Positions 62,827 to 64,000 of a stretch of 64,000 nt of DNA are shown piece by piece. The DNA is from Acidobacteriota bacterium (GTDB lineage Bacteria; Acidobacteriota; Terriglobia; Terriglobales; SCQP01): assembly GCA_004299485.1 (NCBI GenBank), contig SCQP01000016.1:213842-277841 (forward strand), read 5' to 3'. How positions within the stretch are numbered: position 1 is the stretch's first letter; each line of letters begins with the position of its first letter. A program made the translations under genes and the position numbers. The notes below the pieces were generated by a model that searched no databases, was not told the DNA's origin, and saw only the letters and a program-made list of their open reading frames with translations.

Positions 62827-64000
62827 ACCTGATCCTCAAGAACGGCCGGCTGTTCGATCCTGCGCAAGGGCTGGACCAGACCGGCGATGTGGTCGTGCAG
62901 GGAGATCGCGTCCGCGATCTGGGCACAGACATTGCCGCCGCCGGCCCGGGAGTGCTGGACTGCACGGGGCTGATCATCGCGCCCGGCTTCATTGACCTGC
63001 ACGTGCATCTGCGCGAGCCCGGCTTTGCCTACAAGGAAACCATCGCCAGCGGCACCCGCGCCGCCGCCGCGGGCGGCTTTACCGCCGTGTGCGCCATGCC
63101 CAACACCAATCCGGTGAATGATGATGCGGGCGGCACGGCCTATCTGCTGCAGCGGGCGCGCGAGTCCGGGCACGCGCGCGTGTATCCCATCGGCGCCGTC
63201 ACCGCGGGGAGCGAAGGCGAGCACCTGGCGGGCCTGGGCGCCATGCGCGAGGCGGGTGCGGTGGCGTTTTCCGACGATGGCCGGCCGGTGATGAACGCCC
63301 AGATTCTGCGGCGGGCGCTGGAATATGCCAGCATGCTGGGGGTGCCGGTGATTGAGCATGCCGAAGACCTGCACTTGTCCGCCGGCGGCTCGATGCACGC
63401 CGGCGCGGTGGCGCTGCGGCTGGGACTGCGCGGCATCAGCAGCGCCAGCGAAGCCACCATGGTGGCGCGCGATCTGTTGCTGGCGGAAGAAACCGGCGCG
63501 CACATCCACATCGCCCACGTTTCGACGGCGGCCTCGGTCCGGCTGCTGCGCGAAGCCAAAACGCGGGGCGTGCGCGTCACCGCCGAAGTCACACCGCATC
63601 ACTGCATCCTGTGCGATGAGGATGCGACGCCTTACGACACCAACTTCAAGATGAACCCGCCGCTGCGCACCGCCGCCGACCGCGCCGCGGTGGTGGCCGG
63701 CCTGGCCGATGGCACGCTCGACGCCTTCGCCACCGATCATGCGCCCCACGCCGCGCACGAGAAGCTGCAGGAGTTCGACCGCGCGCCGTTCGGCATCATC
63801 GGCCTGGAAACCGCGCTGCCGCTCGGCCTGCGCCTGGTCGAAACCGGCCAGCTGTCGCTGGCGCGCCTGGTCGCATCTCTCACCAGCGCGCCGGCGCGTG
63901 CCTTCGGCCTTCCCGGAGGCACGCTCGCCAGCGGAAGCCTCGCCGACCTCACCGTGTTCGATCCCGCGGCGGCGTGGACCTATGACCCGGCGCAGGGCGC
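62823..64000 (+). CDS. pyrC: Dihydroorotase (partial, runs off the window end)
   Basis: The ATG at 62823 overlaps the pyrB stop (ATGA). 'GFIDLHVHLREPG', 'CAMPNTNP' and 'ATDHAPH' follow in this frame. It is absent from the ORF track because there is no stop within the window. Confidence 0.85.
   Translation, partial: MNLILKNGRLFDPAQGLDQTGDVVVQGDRVRDLGTDIAAAGPGVLDCTGLIIAPGFIDLHVHLREPGFAYKETIASGTRAAAAGGFTAVCAMPNTNPVNDDAGGTAYLLQRARESGHARVYPIGAVTAGSEGEHLAGLGAMREAGAVAFSDDGRPVMNAQILRRALEYASMLGVPVIEHAEDLHLSAGGSMHAGAVALRLGLRGISSASEATMVARDLLLAEETGAHIHIAHVSTAASVRLLREAKTRGVRVTAEVTPHHCILCDEDATPYDTNFKMNPPLRTAADRAAVVAGLADGTLDAFATDHAPHAAHEKLQEFDRAPFGIIGLETALPLGLRLVETGQLSLARLVASLTSAPARAFGLPGGTLASGSLADLTVFDPAAAWTYDPAQG

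Noticed and set aside
1-64000. Prophage, integrative element or transposon.
   Set aside because: No integrase, transposase, recombinase, phage structural genes or tRNA attachment sites were recognised. The only composition-deviant stretches are the two small islets at ~14.1-14.8 kb and ~50.4-52.1 kb.

Overview
High-GC bacterial chromosomal segment, by eye about two-thirds G+C. DinB-family proteins, an RRM RNA-binding protein, a Ser/Thr kinase fused to a TolB-like propeller and many PIN toxin-antitoxin pairs suggest an Acidobacteriota-like soil organism; this is inference only. Most of the window is tightly packed housekeeping DNA. It includes cysteine synthase, argD, alr, accC plus a biotinyl carrier, an aminotransferase/response regulator/histidine kinase/treS block, a heme and cytochrome oxidase cluster (cytochrome c, DUF420, ctaB, hemJ-like; hemH lies further on), rluB, rlpA, dacB, cspA, a biotin operon (bioB-bioF fusion, bioD, bioA), macAB-like efflux genes, purM-purN, ggt, gltP, thrC, hup, thiE, purB and pyrR-pyrB-pyrC. 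I recognised no rRNA, tRNA, CRISPR array, transposase or integrase. Accessory content: (1) An RHS/YD-repeat polymorphic-toxin locus at about 9.5-18.5 kb. It has a Sec signal peptide, an apparent frameshift, and a 1,067-bp internal direct repeat that creates an orphan RHS C-terminal cassette. Its two toxin tips are homologous and unusually small (44 and 42 aa), hydrophobic and bracketed by cysteines. Two small membrane proteins sit in an AT-richer islet, and a large polytopic membrane protein plus ABC ATPase is translationally coupled to the orphan tip. (2) Four type II TA modules (three PIN/VapC pairs and one MazF) and a frameshifted hypothetical gene in a second AT-richer islet. (3) A 111-bp interspersed repeat in three same-orientation copies. 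Two copies are read in the same frame inside ORFs: the C-terminal tail of rluB and the N-terminal region of a selenium-binding-protein-like gene. (4) Short tandem heptamer arrays (period 7, about 5 units, mostly CAG-N4) at gene boundaries. Two are canonical G-quadruplex motifs in divergent promoter regions, and one encodes the linker of the bioB-bioF fusion. The many long antisense shadow ORFs in the track are typical of high-GC DNA and were not called.
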